Source of the DNA: Trichoplax adhaerens
Taxonomy: Eukaryota; Animalia; Placozoa
Length of the DNA: 64,000 bases
Assembly: GCF_000150275.1 (NCBI RefSeq)
Contig: NW_002060961.1
Span: forward strand, 1,216,826-1,280,825
Reading direction: 5' to 3'
Numbering within the stretch: position 1 is the first letter of the stretch; each line of letters begins with the position of its first letter. Shown one piece after another: positions 28,380-47,800 of the stretch. A model generated the notes under the pieces. That model searched no databases. It was given only the letters and a program-made list of their open reading frames with translations, and was not told the origin of the DNA. The translations under genes and the position numbers were made by a program.

Positions 28380-28487
28380 CGACGATGACTTTATAGTATT
28401 TTAAGCGGCCAACGTGCTCGAACAGTCTGCTCACTGCTATGGTTATGACCAGTTTTTAGGTTAGATTGGCGATGTGGTATAATGCAA

Positions 28488-28750
28488 TACAGTCTAGTAC
28501 AGTGGCACCCGAGTCTACAGTACAGCACCGTACAGTCCAGTCCAGATTTGACAGTGTACAGTATACTGTACTGTACGGGATCATGACGAATGCTGCACCT
28601 GACTTGCGTGGACCAGTCCACGTGACCAACTGACAATGTCCAGTGTACAGTACAGTATGCACAGGAACGAGTGCAAGGTACTGTACACTGTACAGTACAG
28701 TACGGTATGTTCTTTGTTTTCAAACGTGGAAATAGGACTAACTACAGTAG
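28488..28750. repeat. TACAG/TACTG-rich island upstream of the RPL9 start
   Basis: For example gtgtacagtatactgtactgtacgg, cagtgtacagtacagtatg and gtactgtacactgtacagtacagtacgg. Confidence 0.8.
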
Positions 28751-28844
28751 ACGGTGGGCTCACCAGGCTCAGGGCAATACGACGTAAGAACTGGTGATAC
28801 GCTACAGAAATGATGTTCCACAATCTTCAAGTGATGTCGCGCAA

Positions 28845-29441
28845 CTTCAAAGATTGTCTGACAATTATTTCTGTCGTATCACCAGTTCAAGTTTGGGCGA
28901 CATCACTTCAATGTCCACAGTGTGCATAACGAACTGCACCGTAGCAGTACAGTACTGTATACTAAGGTATGACACCGTGCTGTGCATTTTCAAAGACTGT
29001 GTGACATCATTTCTGTCGTATCACCAGTTCAAGTTTGGGCGATATCACTTGAATGTCCACAGTGCGCATAACGAACTGCACCGTAGCAGTACAGTACTGT
29101 ATACTAAGGTATGACACTGTGCTATGCATTTTAAAGTTTGCGCGGCATCACTTCAAAGATTGTGTGACATCATTTCTGTCGTATCACCAGTTCAAGTTTG
29201 AGCGATATCACTTGAATGTCCACAGTGCGCATAACGAACTGCACCGTAGCAGTACAGTACTGTATACTAAGGTATGACACCGTGCTGTGCATTTTCAAAG
29301 ACTGTGTGACATTATTTCTGTCGTATCACCAGTTCAAGTTTGGGCGATATCACTTGAATGTCCACAGTGCGCATAACGAACTGCACCGTAGTAGTACAGT
29401 ACTGTATACTAAGGTATGACACCGTGCTATGCATTTTAAAG
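28845..29441 (+). repeat. Tandem array of 4 units (142/163/142/~128 bp) forming a 305-bp dimeric higher-order repeat
   Basis: The anchor atttctgtcgtatcaccagttcaagttt recurs at 28867, 29009, 29172 and 29314. Units are near-identical and each contains agtacagtactgtatac. Confidence 0.95.
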
Positions 29442-30116
29442 CAGCTGCAACATGGACGGATCACCCTTGGACGGACAGACATTGCCAGCCTCATCTTGGC
29501 AAAATAGTACGGCAAACACGTTTCGCTATGACGGCACTTTTAGTATGCAGACGGTCGATTCTGAACGGACTGGCTTTTTCTTAATTAAGTCATATTCAGT
29601 TGAGTCTTATTATCTATTACTAAAGTTCTACTTGAAAACAGCTATATAAGATCGTCAATATTATTTGAATTAGTACCAAAGATTTAGAAAACAAACGCGG
29701 AAGTGCCATACTAAATACAGTACAGGAGTTATTTTCGACATTGTCCGCCTGCCTCGTTCGGTGAAAAAAGTCCGTCCGTCCTCGGGAAATGATCCATGTC
29801 CAGCGTGGTATCCAGTGTCCACTGTCCAGTACAGTAATCGATGGACCATGGTACCGTACAAGACCGGACATCAGACCACGGTACCTCACTGTAATGCTCT
29901 TCCTGTTTGAAAAGTGTAGGCAATTACTATTTCCTACTTTAAAAATTTTTTTGGATTCTATCTCTGTGGTAGTTTTTATCCGAGTACCTGGTAACTAGAA
30001 TTCAATGACAGAAAAGAAAGAAGGAGAATAAAAAGATTTGACCCAGAGGACATGAAAAATAGATCGGGGGGGGGGTACCCAATTGAAGCAGGGGTTTTAG
30101 CGTCATAGAGTCATGT

Positions 30117-30205
30117 TACTGTACTCTACAGTAGTACAGTACAGTGTACTGTACAGACAATGACAGAATATACTGTACACTGTACATTGTACACTGTACA
30201 GTACT
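30117..30205. repeat. TACAG/TACTG island upstream of the RING ligase gene, preceded by a G10 run at ~30066
   Basis: tactgtactctacagtagtacagtacagtgtactgtacag...tactgtacactgtacattgtacactgtacagtact. Confidence 0.8.
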
Positions 30206-30589
30206 CTAGCAGTGACACAGTTTGTCTTGGCCATAACAAAAAAAAAACAACAGCAAAGTTGATCACAAAATCAAGTCGAGAAAATCATTTTAACATCGAG
30301 GGCTTGACTGGAATACTGCTTGGACTAGTTAGGTGGTGGATACTAGTACAATTCAAACGTTTTGAATTGGACGAGAATTTAGAATAGCATTTCAATATTA
30401 ACTGAAAAGTTACAAAGCAAAATAGCTCATTCGTAAAACTGTAAGAAGAAGAAAAAAACGTCAACCTCGTAGCCGGCTGTCTTGTACAGTGGACGCTATT
30501 CATCGGCATACTACTGCTGCACTAATTCCATTTGTCACAGCCAGATCCTTTTTTCCAAAAACATTGTTCAACATTATCAATCTACAAAT

Positions 30590-37577
<6,988 letters not shown>

Positions 37578-40500
37578 TTAAAATCACAATTTAAAATGTA
37601 CTTGAATTCACTTATCCGAAGGTTACATAAGTGAATAGGATATTTGTTTACTCATGTTTAACAAGTTCTTAGAGTTTTGTAACATGTCAAAATACTCTAT
37701 CGTTTTTAGATAAAGATGATATAAATACGATGCTATACGCTAACAAAAATTCTGTTGTGTTAATACTGGTTAGAAAGATATTCTGAGAACTGAAATTTAG
37801 GTTAATAAATATTGCTAATTTAGAGTGGCAAATACTAATGCAAAATTGCAGTCAGTCTTGAAGAATCTTTACGAATCTCTGTAACTGTTATATATAATTA
37901 GATACAAATATCATAGTTTTTATGGTAAATGTTTTATGCGAAATATCATGTCTTATCTACTGCAATACTTTGAATACTGCCTTATAATTTTTGATAGCCA
38001 CTTCTGAACGGTAGTTTTACTGCATTAGTACACTGGTAATATGATACAAATTACTGTAATGGCCAAGCCTCAGGATTTATGTTGCTTTACAAGGAGAATA
38101 AGTTAAACGGCATATATTAATATGATAATGAAGCATAGATTTTACGTCGAGCAAAATAGCGAGGTCTCAAATGTCTTGTTGAATTTGAAAAATTATACCA
38201 TTTGCCATGTACAGTAAAGATAAAAATAATGCTGTATCAGTAATCCAATTTAGGATTACAAATACTTATTGCCAAGTTTATGAATTCAACCGATGTACAT
38301 GTTCCGATTTTGTAATACGGCAAAAGTGTTTCTATCAGTGGATTAATTACATGATCATTCTTTAATGATATCTTGTGGCTGCGTTCGGTAAATATGATGG
38401 ATGTACGGTCTTGTTCAATTATCCAAGACAATGTAGATCAATTTTTGAATAGTAATTGGAAAGTATGTCAATTTTTGATGTGGCTTATATGGTAGTATTT
38501 TTAAGGTGCAATGTAACATTTCATTGGATAATATTTAGTTGGATATGTCACAATTACATATAATCTGTATTCAATACCATTCAATGCAGTAAATTTTATT
38601 TGGATTTATGTCTATAGTGTTTCACTTTTTGATATGTAATAAGTCTCTTTCATGCATGCAAGTTGTTACTCTCCTTCCAGTCAGCAAACAAATACAACTA
38701 TACAGGCAGTATCAATCTTGCAGAGCCGCGGAATGATTTCATGCATTAACAGGAACGAAATTAGATAATGCTGCTGTAATCACAACTCTTTGAATTGGGT
38801 TTATAATTTATAACTACACAAGCAAATAAGTAGCTTGATTCAATTTTGGTATGGTTAATATTAGACGTTAGAAGTTACTAACGTATCTATGTAGCTAACC
38901 AAACGAAGGATTTGGTAGTTATATGAAAGACACGGTGGTTATTAATATCGCTTTCTTTGATAGAACCTAGTTTTCTGGCTAATAAAATTCATGATGAATA
39001 AAATATCGATAGTAAATGGAACAAACATCATAATTACTAAACTAGAATTCTATGGAAATTTTATAAAGTTTTTACATATGCTACATATTTTTAATTAGCA
39101 TATCCGCTTGATTATAATCATGGTTAAATTTGAGCTTGCACTGTCAAAGCATATCAAGAACAAAGTTGAAGAATGAATCAGTTTATTGCTATATACTATA
39201 TAACATATATATATATATATGATTATAATATTATCAAGCCCTAAAATGTTGATGAAGAGTAATTTGATTCCGAGCATCGTTTCATCAATACAATGAATGT
39301 ACAGACAGCTATTCAACATAAGAGTAAACGAGAACATACAAGATAAAGCTTAAAAATAGGAAAAATATTTTAATATACATACTAATTTATAAACTAAATT
39401 CATAGTAGCCGCCGACCTGACAGATCAAATATCTTCACCGAATTTATGACAATTGACATAGCTCATATATGTTATCATCGAGAATTGAACGATTTTACTT
39501 TAGTGCTTGATGTAATATCATCAGGTCAGTTACTGGTACAGTGATAGTTCCTAGGTAATATTTACTTTATTATGCTGAAAAATCATACAGTGTAGTAGTG
39601 ATTATTAAGAAACATATATTATAACGAGGACCAATATTTAGATGAATTTAGATGAATATCGATGTAATAAAACTGTGCAATTTAACTCGACCACATCGTA
39701 TTATATTTGCTTTACTGCCCCAGCGTAGGACTGCTTTGTCGTAATTTAAAATCATTTCGTAATAAGCGGTACATGGAGTATGGCGTAGTAACTTCCATTA
39801 GCAGCTGACGAGAAGTGAATTATCATCTATTTCTGAAATTTAGAGTTACACTTCCATGGATATGGCATAATTTGATATCAGCTTCTTTAATATTTCACAT
39901 ATTACCGTATGGTAAGAAAAATAATAAAATTTACATAGTACACGCATTATTTCTGAGGTGCTAGAGCATATTTTTCTTTAATTTTCAGACAATGTTCATT
40001 TTATTGGGTAAATTTTGGGCTTTACAAGTAAATTTACCCGACCAGTCTATACCACGTAGGCCATTTGATTACACAAGAAGCTTAAAAACTTGGACGCCGA
40101 CTAGATGCCGTGACTGTTGTTACAACAGTTCCTTTGCCTGGTTCTCTGTAGGAAATAAGAATTTAAAAAATAATTAAATAAGTTTGCAATCAATTTGTCA
40201 TAAAGTTCTTAAAGCATTATTGGAACTGGATCTGTATCATATTAATCTAAAAATTGAATAATATTCTTTCTAAGTTCTCCTGTACAGTTACCAGTTTACA
40301 TTTACGAATCGATCATTATGGAATGATAAAAACTAGACAACGTTTCAATATTGTAAACATTATAGCATAAATAATAGAACTGCAATTGGCTAATACTGAA
40401 TAAGAAAGCTTCATGTATCATGCAATGAAATAGATTTTTGCATTTTTCTATTTCGTTACAGTTAATTTGAATGAGAAAGCCGTAAATTCTATTGTTTCTA

Positions 40501-43500
40501 CAGTTTTACTGAGCTATCGTTTATAAACTAGTTATATCTATCTAGTTATACTATGAACTGAAGTCCATATAATTAACAGTTGAATTTGATGGTGGTTAAT
40601 CGTCTATCTGATACATGGTATCCCATACTGTAACACATTTTGAATAATACAAACAAGATGATGTGCAATTTCAGATTTTTATGGCTTTGCTATTTTACAC
40701 TCATGATAATAATCTGCTTCTTGGGTGCTTTTATCTTCATTATATAGTTAGAAGTTATCAAATAGAATGAATATAAAAAATAGTTTAAAATATATGGTAG
40801 ATAAGTCCTTAAGGATCTCATTATCACCTTCATAAGAGCAAATTTTACGGCATGATATTACTCATTATTTTAGTTCAATATAATGATGGAGGAAAATCAG
40901 CCACATTTAAACATAGTACTTAGCTTAAATAGTCAATTCCTTATCTAGTTAACCTATCTATTTACCTAGCTAATTTAAATTATTCACTATACCTTGTGGT
41001 TAGCTAAATGGTCATGGTATTTTATAACAGCTATTCCATCAATTCAGCTGTGAAAATCTTTCTATCGGCATAAAAAATGATGTAACTTGATTTCCATGCT
41101 TCTTAACTGCTTTGATTCGGAATCGACATAAGCCATTTTGCCATAAAGTAATGGCAGTATTCATGTCTTAACAACATTTATCTTGAGATATGTACATATG
41201 TTCTCACTATTTAGAAACTGATAGTTCAATCCTTTAACCATCCCTTATTATCTAGCACCCAACTAAGTAATAATACCCAAATTTCTACATCATGAATTAA
41301 AGTATCTTTCTGATAGTTAAAAGTAACTATTGCTCATCCAGTTAGATTATTCTGTAGGCAACAGTATTAAAGGATGGCAGTATTTCGAAAAAATCTGGTA
41401 TGAACATCCTGACCAGTTACATTCTCGATGAAATGAAACTTTGAGTATCAGTCATGGTTGAAAATAAAAATAGTAGATAATAAATTGATAGTATTGCATA
41501 TAATTAAGCTGTACATGAAATTGATGCACAATTGATAAAATAAAATTAGTTTATAACATAGAATAGTGTCTTTTTTATGAAGGCTGACATTCATAATTTA
41601 TAGGAAAATAGAATTTGATTATGCTAACAAACATTATAAAGAAAAATTTAACCTATTTAAATGCTACGGCTGGTATTTTTGAGATGTTCTGACGATAAAA
41701 AATTGATTGTATACTATGGAAAAACTTAATTTAATTGTATGAATGAACGATGCAAGAAGTAATTGATCGGATTAGAAGAAGTTGTTCTTTTAATATTGGT
41801 AAAAATTTCTATTACACAACATATCGTTCTCATTTATCGCAAACATTTTAGTCGGGCTGGCTATGGCTCCATATAGCCCACTCTGTGTGAAAATTCAGAA
41901 CTATAAAGTAATCATATAGGATATGCCACGGGTTAACAACTGTAAAAAAATACAGGAAAGCCAGAGATGTAGACTGAGTGGAAATTGATAATGTAATATA
42001 GGATTGGGTTATAAGTGAAGATCTGCTATCCAAGTTTCCTTTTCATAGCGACTTTGAACCTTGAATTTTCTGAAATCGATATAGTTATCCATGACATATT
42101 CATAATATAAGTGACGACATTAAGCCATGAAATTGGTAGCAAATTTTTGTTGATCATTAAGTTTTCAGATTTTTCCGACAGATACTACTGTAGAAAAATC
42201 AGTAGAGTATGACAATTTTCAGGACTCAGAAAGCAAAATGCCTAGTGACTTGCCTAACTAGTTGTCCTAACAGCTATCTTATTTTATATAGATGTTGAAC
42301 CCAAAATTGGATTCTACAATGGTTCAATTCTGTGCCTAAATTGAGCTCAGAAAATTCAAAGATAAAACAATAAAGCAACGATATGTAGGGGAAAGTGCTA
42401 CGATACTGCAATTGACGCAATTTGCCGAACTTGTTCATGCTAACCCATAACTCGAAGGGCACAAAGACTGATATTTTTCCTTCTCCGAAGTATGAAGGTA
42501 ATACCAAATTTAAAGATTGCAGTTTGTAAGATGTATATAGGTCACTGAAGGCCATACTTGCCATATTAGTCAATAAATACCACGATGGCCATTGAAGAAA
42601 AAATTCGAAATTAATTTCAGCTTGTCACGGTCTAAAGTCATCGAATAACCACATTCATCAAACCATTGGAAAGATTTCATATCCTCTCATCTAAGATTGC
42701 AATCACTATATCACCTTATGATGAATTTTAATTGGCCAGAAATGTAGGGAAAATTTCTTTTGCTTAGATTACCAGGCATTTTCATATTCATCTCAGTTGT
42801 CAGAGGTTTCCAATCAGGCTATGGATGGGGGTGCCTTACTACTTAGCGTTTTAAGGAAAAGGCAACAAAAATAGCCGAAGAATACCAGTTTACTTTGTTT
42901 AGTAGAAAAATTTGTCAAGATAAATTAGAAATTATTACAGGAGAAAGTAGATTGAAGACTTTGAATTCATTTCAGACAGTTAGATTAATGATTGTGGATA
43001 AAAGAATAGAAAAACCAGACAAAACCTGCTATGTTTATCTTCTGATATAAACAACCAAACTAACGTATACGCGTAGTCTCTTGAGTGGCCACTTAAACTT
43101 AAAGTCGATGATAGGAGTAGCGCAATCTTTCAATGTCAATTTTAATTTCGAACCGAGAGAATTTACTTTGAGAAATGGAAAAAGATAACTAGTACAATCT
43201 CGCCTTTGTTTATAGGATGCAAACCATCTCTAATTTCTGACTAATTAGTTACTGTTTCGCGATAGACGCAGATAATGGAACGGTAATTACAGTTTTGTCT
43301 TGCGATAGAATAAGAATTTCATTCATGGAACAATTCAAGGCTGGCTTGGTTTGGATAGCCATCATAGCTGGCATCAAAATGACTTCGATATATTGATAAT
43401 ATATTCAGTAAGACATACGAATAAATGTCCTTACTTGGATAAAAATCAAGCACAGATCGAGGCGAATGGGTGTTAATACGGCTCAATCTAGTTTTGGTTA

Positions 43501-43855
43501 TAGGTGATCGTTTGAAAATAGATATATTGATAAAGTAACTTGATACTGTTGGTGGTAAGTTAGTAATATTTTGTATTCTCAAAGGAATTATGAAGATAAA
43601 TTGAAAAAGGGAAAATGAATAAAAATATCAAGACATGGAGGGTAAAAAAAAGAAGAGGCTAAAAATATCAAAGAGTGCGAAAAGTGAAAAAAAAAAAATA
43701 GGAGTTGTAACCACTGTATTTAGCCGATAAGTCAATATACGAAATCAAAAATAATGAAGTAAAGTATTTCTTGTCAAGGAAAATAGACTAGTTATTAGAG
43801 CATTCTTGAAAGTACGTCTGGATAAAAATAAAGTTGAGCATAGAAAGAAAGAAAC

Positions 43856-44896
43856 TTAAATATTAGAATAATATATAACGGATTCATTAAATGCTCGTAT
43901 ATCAGTCGATTGTAAACGTTTCTCTGTTCGTTGCCTTTGCCTAGCGGAAATATCGTACCTGGGTCCTAAGTCGATGTCGCAAAAGACGGCTTTTAAGCCA
44001 TTGCGGAAGCCTTTATTGAATGCTACACAAATTATGGGATCACAACAGCAGTTGGAAATCGCAATCCATTTACAGACGGATAAAAGTGTTGCACGGCCAG
44101 GAAAGGATAAAGTAGTGATAGATAGGATAAATACCAACGATGAATAAGGTAGCCAACAGACTAAACTAGCAACCAACATAGCGATCAACATGCGTAGGAC
44201 TTTTAAATTGGTCTTGAGGGTTAAATTAATGTCGCTGCCTTCCACTTTTCGACGATCAATCACTAAGTAGATGTGGATATAAATCGCTACTGTAATGGCT
44301 AATGGAATATCATTAATTAAGACCAGATAAATATAGTATATGCGATAAAATCCCGGTGACCACAATTGAGGCTCACAAAATTGTACCGAGCAAATATCGG
44401 CCGTAATATTGTGAACTGGCATTCCCACCATGACTGGTGTTGCGCTAACGATAGCCACTGCCCACAGAAATAACGAGATATAGATTGCATGGCGTAATTT
44501 AGGCTTAGCTTTTAATGGAAATACGATAGCTCGATGGCGTACAATAGCCAAAACCATAATATGAAGAATAGCTAAAGTAAAAAGAACTTTTTCTAACGCA
44601 GGCATCATGATACAAGAGAAACTACCCAAAACGTAATATTTATAAACCGCCTCGACCAGTCGAAATGGTACTACACTAAAGGCGATCAGTAAGTTGCATA
44701 AGCATATGTTAATAATTAAGACATTGGTGACATTTTTCATATTACCACCTTTATTTTGGATGATAACTGTGATTAAGAGGATGTTGCCAATCACGGTGAT
44801 TAAAAATGTACTAACATAAGCTGCAAAATATAAATCGATGCCAGCTCTTGATATATTTTTAAATATGGATTCATTTTCGGTATAACACTCAGCCAT
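43856..44896 (-). CDS. Class A (rhodopsin-like) GPCR, peptide-receptor-like, intronless CDS, 346 aa
   Basis: Seven hydrophobic segments; N-terminal N-glycosylation sequons NES and NIS; TM1 GN; TM3 'VRHRAIVFPL' (DRY position); TM4 W; TM5 P...Y; TM6 CWLP; TM7 'DPIIC'; helix 8 'FRNGLK'. Confidence 0.95.
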   Translation of the reverse strand: MAECYTENESIFKNISRAGIDLYFAAYVSTFLITVIGNILLITVIIQNKGGNMKNVTNVLIINICLCNLLIAFSVVPFRLVEAVYKYYVLGSFSCIMMPALEKVLFTLAILHIMVLAIVRHRAIVFPLKAKPKLRHAIYISLFLWAVAIVSATPVMVGMPVHNITADICSVQFCEPQLWSPGFYRIYYIYLVLINDIPLAITVAIYIHIYLVIDRRKVEGSDINLTLKTNLKVLRMLIAMLVASLVCWLPYSSLVFILSITTLSFPGRATLLSVCKWIAISNCCCDPIICVAFNKGFRNGLKAVFCDIDLGPRYDISARQRQRTEKRLQSTDIRAFNESVIYYSNI

Positions 44897-47800
44897 AATG
44901 TACGTTTTTTTTGCTTTAAATGGATAACAAGAGTATTTTTTCTTTTTAGCTTAAATATGTAAAACTATGAGTAGACCAAAGGATTTCAATAGAACTAGTA
45001 ATAGGAGTGCCTACTAGTGGAATAGAGTAAATAGATTGTAAATTGGATGACAGCAATAATGCAAAAGGATCTGAGTTGTTAATTCTTTAGCTGATTTAAA
45101 CTTCCTATGCCTCAACTTCTATGTAGAAGAGAGTAAGTATAGTTAGCAGAAGTTGTTGAATAAATTATTAATGGGTTTTTCCTTGGTTGAGATGAATAAA
45201 ATATTTTTGCCAATAAGTTAACTGTTGTCACTAGAAATTGAAGGAATAAAGGAAAGAATGGACTGGATGAGAACAAAAATGTCAGCAAAATGGCAACGAC
45301 AATCATTCAAGGGATAGTAGATTAAGGAAACAAACCAAATTGATTGTCGACTTGATTGGATTTCGTCTTAGCTTCTATAGAATTCTTTGTTATTTAATCA
45401 GTCTTAATTTCATACTCTAAATTTGCAACCAAGACTAATATCTAGGGAAATAGCGGAACAAGAAGAAGCTTGCGATGGTAGAGTCGATTGTAATTGAAGC
45501 TCTATTCGTGATGATGATGAATTGATGCTTTAATCACGTTTCAAAGTTACTTTCAAAATTGAAATGTAGTTGACAATATGGCGCACCGTATTTATGTCTT
45601 TCCTCCACTCAGTAAGGCCAGATGGATATTGAATTAGATTAAAAGATTTAAAAGGTTATAACTTAATTATACTTTCTTGTGTCAACCTAACGGCTTAAAT
45701 AACAATTCAAGGCTAATTACCAATGGCGCAAAGCTGTGCTATTAATGTTAGAATTAATATCGGCCACAAATCACGAGATAATCAATTCCTAGGACAAAGT
45801 AATAGGCAAGGAGAACAAAAATTTAATAAAAGCAGGCGTGTAATCAGAAGAAAGTGAATAAAATGATAAACAGACTCTATTTACAGTTGTTGGTAAAAAT
45901 CAACCTCTTTGATTTTCAGAGTGAGCGAAAGGGTTAATGAAAAGTTTACAGATGTTTAATACATGAGTGACGTTGTTGTATTAGCCACCTTATGTTAGAT
46001 AAAATGTGCTAAAGTAGACGAAAACTATATTCTTTATTTTATGAGATGACTAGTGGTCCAGACTAGAGCCAATCAGCCTGTATTAATATTGTAAATTATA
46101 AAAGAAATGATAAGTTTACTTTGGAATCGTATCCACTATCATTAGCTGTTAGGCTTCAATGATGGAAAAAAGCGCTGGATGTGAGTAACGAGAAAGAGCT
46201 ATGGTAAAAACTTAAAATTCATATAATTAATCACTGGAATTTTAATAGGAGAGTAATAATTTAAAAAGCCTAGGTTGCTGCCTAAACTGCTATAGCAGGC
46301 GTATTAAATAGTAATGGTAGCATCGGCAATTTAACTGCATGTGAAGTAATTCAAAATTTGCGAATACATATTAGTATGGCTTTTAATTCGTCCATATATC
46401 AATTATCTATCGATTCTTGAAATAAAATTGAGACGTTATTAAAAAATAGATCGTTAACCTTCAAAAAACGAGGTAAAACTAGTCAATTTTACTTGAACAT
46501 AAAGGATGCTAATGTGGGTGTTGGCGTAGAAAAAACCCCGGTAGTTTAGTATTTGCTATATAATATGTACTGTAAAGTAGGGCTTTGCGACAGATTAGCT
46601 AGTACAACAGTCAAGATACCACACTAATATCAAAGCTTGCGGTTAGAAACCTATCAACTCATCAAAATGGAATAACAAAATGGACAGTTACGTCAAATTT
46701 GATATCTGCAGTAAATATAGCATATGATTTAAGTATATCGTAAAAGTTTAATGGTTGTTTGTGGGCACGATAGAAGAATTAAAGTGTCCTACTACCGAAA
46801 GAATCTTCTATAATTTTGAATGAGTATCTGCAAACCTTGGACAGTATATATCTAAGACTAGCGTCAAGAAGGTTAGACCTTGCTACAAGAAAAAGTATTC
46901 CTTTCTACTAACAAAGTGAGATGTTCAAGTTGGATTTTATCAATCAAGTTATGATGTTGAATACGATTAGAAAAACAATTTTTACTTCTATCTTCCTTAT
47001 ATTATAATATTTCTGTCCTTACCAAGATTTAACGATGAAGCCGGAAAAATCAGACAGAAATTACTGTCGATTGGATAGGATTACGATTGCAATTATCAGA
47101 GTTGATTACCTTAGGGATAAATTGGAATTGTCTAAGGGAGTTGCATATTAGAGCAAGTTAACATCAAATATAGAAGGAAAAAAAACAGCAGGCAGTATTA
47201 TATCGTTGTTTTGTAGTAGGCAATTTTAAAATGTTAATATTTTTAGAGACGCTGTTGTCTACTTAAAGCGGTGAAAGAATGAGTTAGCAGGATGAATTTT
47301 TTCTTCTTTCCACCTGGTCAATTGGATATAGAGTAATAAGGGACGTAGAATTGTTTGATGTTTTTCCTATTAGAATAGCTTAGAATTAATTTATTGTCAA
47401 GTTATTTTGTTCATCATGTTGTCATCAATAGTAACTATTTGATTTGTTTACTGTAGGCCAATCAATTCAATCTATTGATAACGAATAAAGCTCTACACCT
47501 GATACAAATAGAGTAGATCTGAATGATGACGATGATAAAGGTTACCAATAAGTTATTCATAACGGGACTACCATCATGATGATGGGAGGAGATACAAGAC
47601 ACAGGAGGTGGATGCTAATAAGAAATAAAATAGATTCAATCCATTTCTATTATAACCACGACGACATGAAATTCTATTCTAAACATTCAAAGCTGCAATT
47701 GATGTTATTCAACTAAACAATAATAATAAAACCAAATTATTTAAGTGGATCATCTATAGCTTGTCCATATTGCTATGCTGATATGACTGGCTATGATCTA

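Noticed and set aside
30482-30589. N-terminal extension of the 278-aa ORF in the track
   Set aside because: It starts at TTG. The ATG at 30590 directly precedes a signal peptide, and the ORF's last 24 codons are read-through into intron 1.
42274-43582. 99-aa and 87-aa minus-strand ORFs downstream of the GPCR
   Set aside because: Non-ATG starts, no recognisable motifs and AT-biased composition; likely 3' UTR or intergenic DNA.
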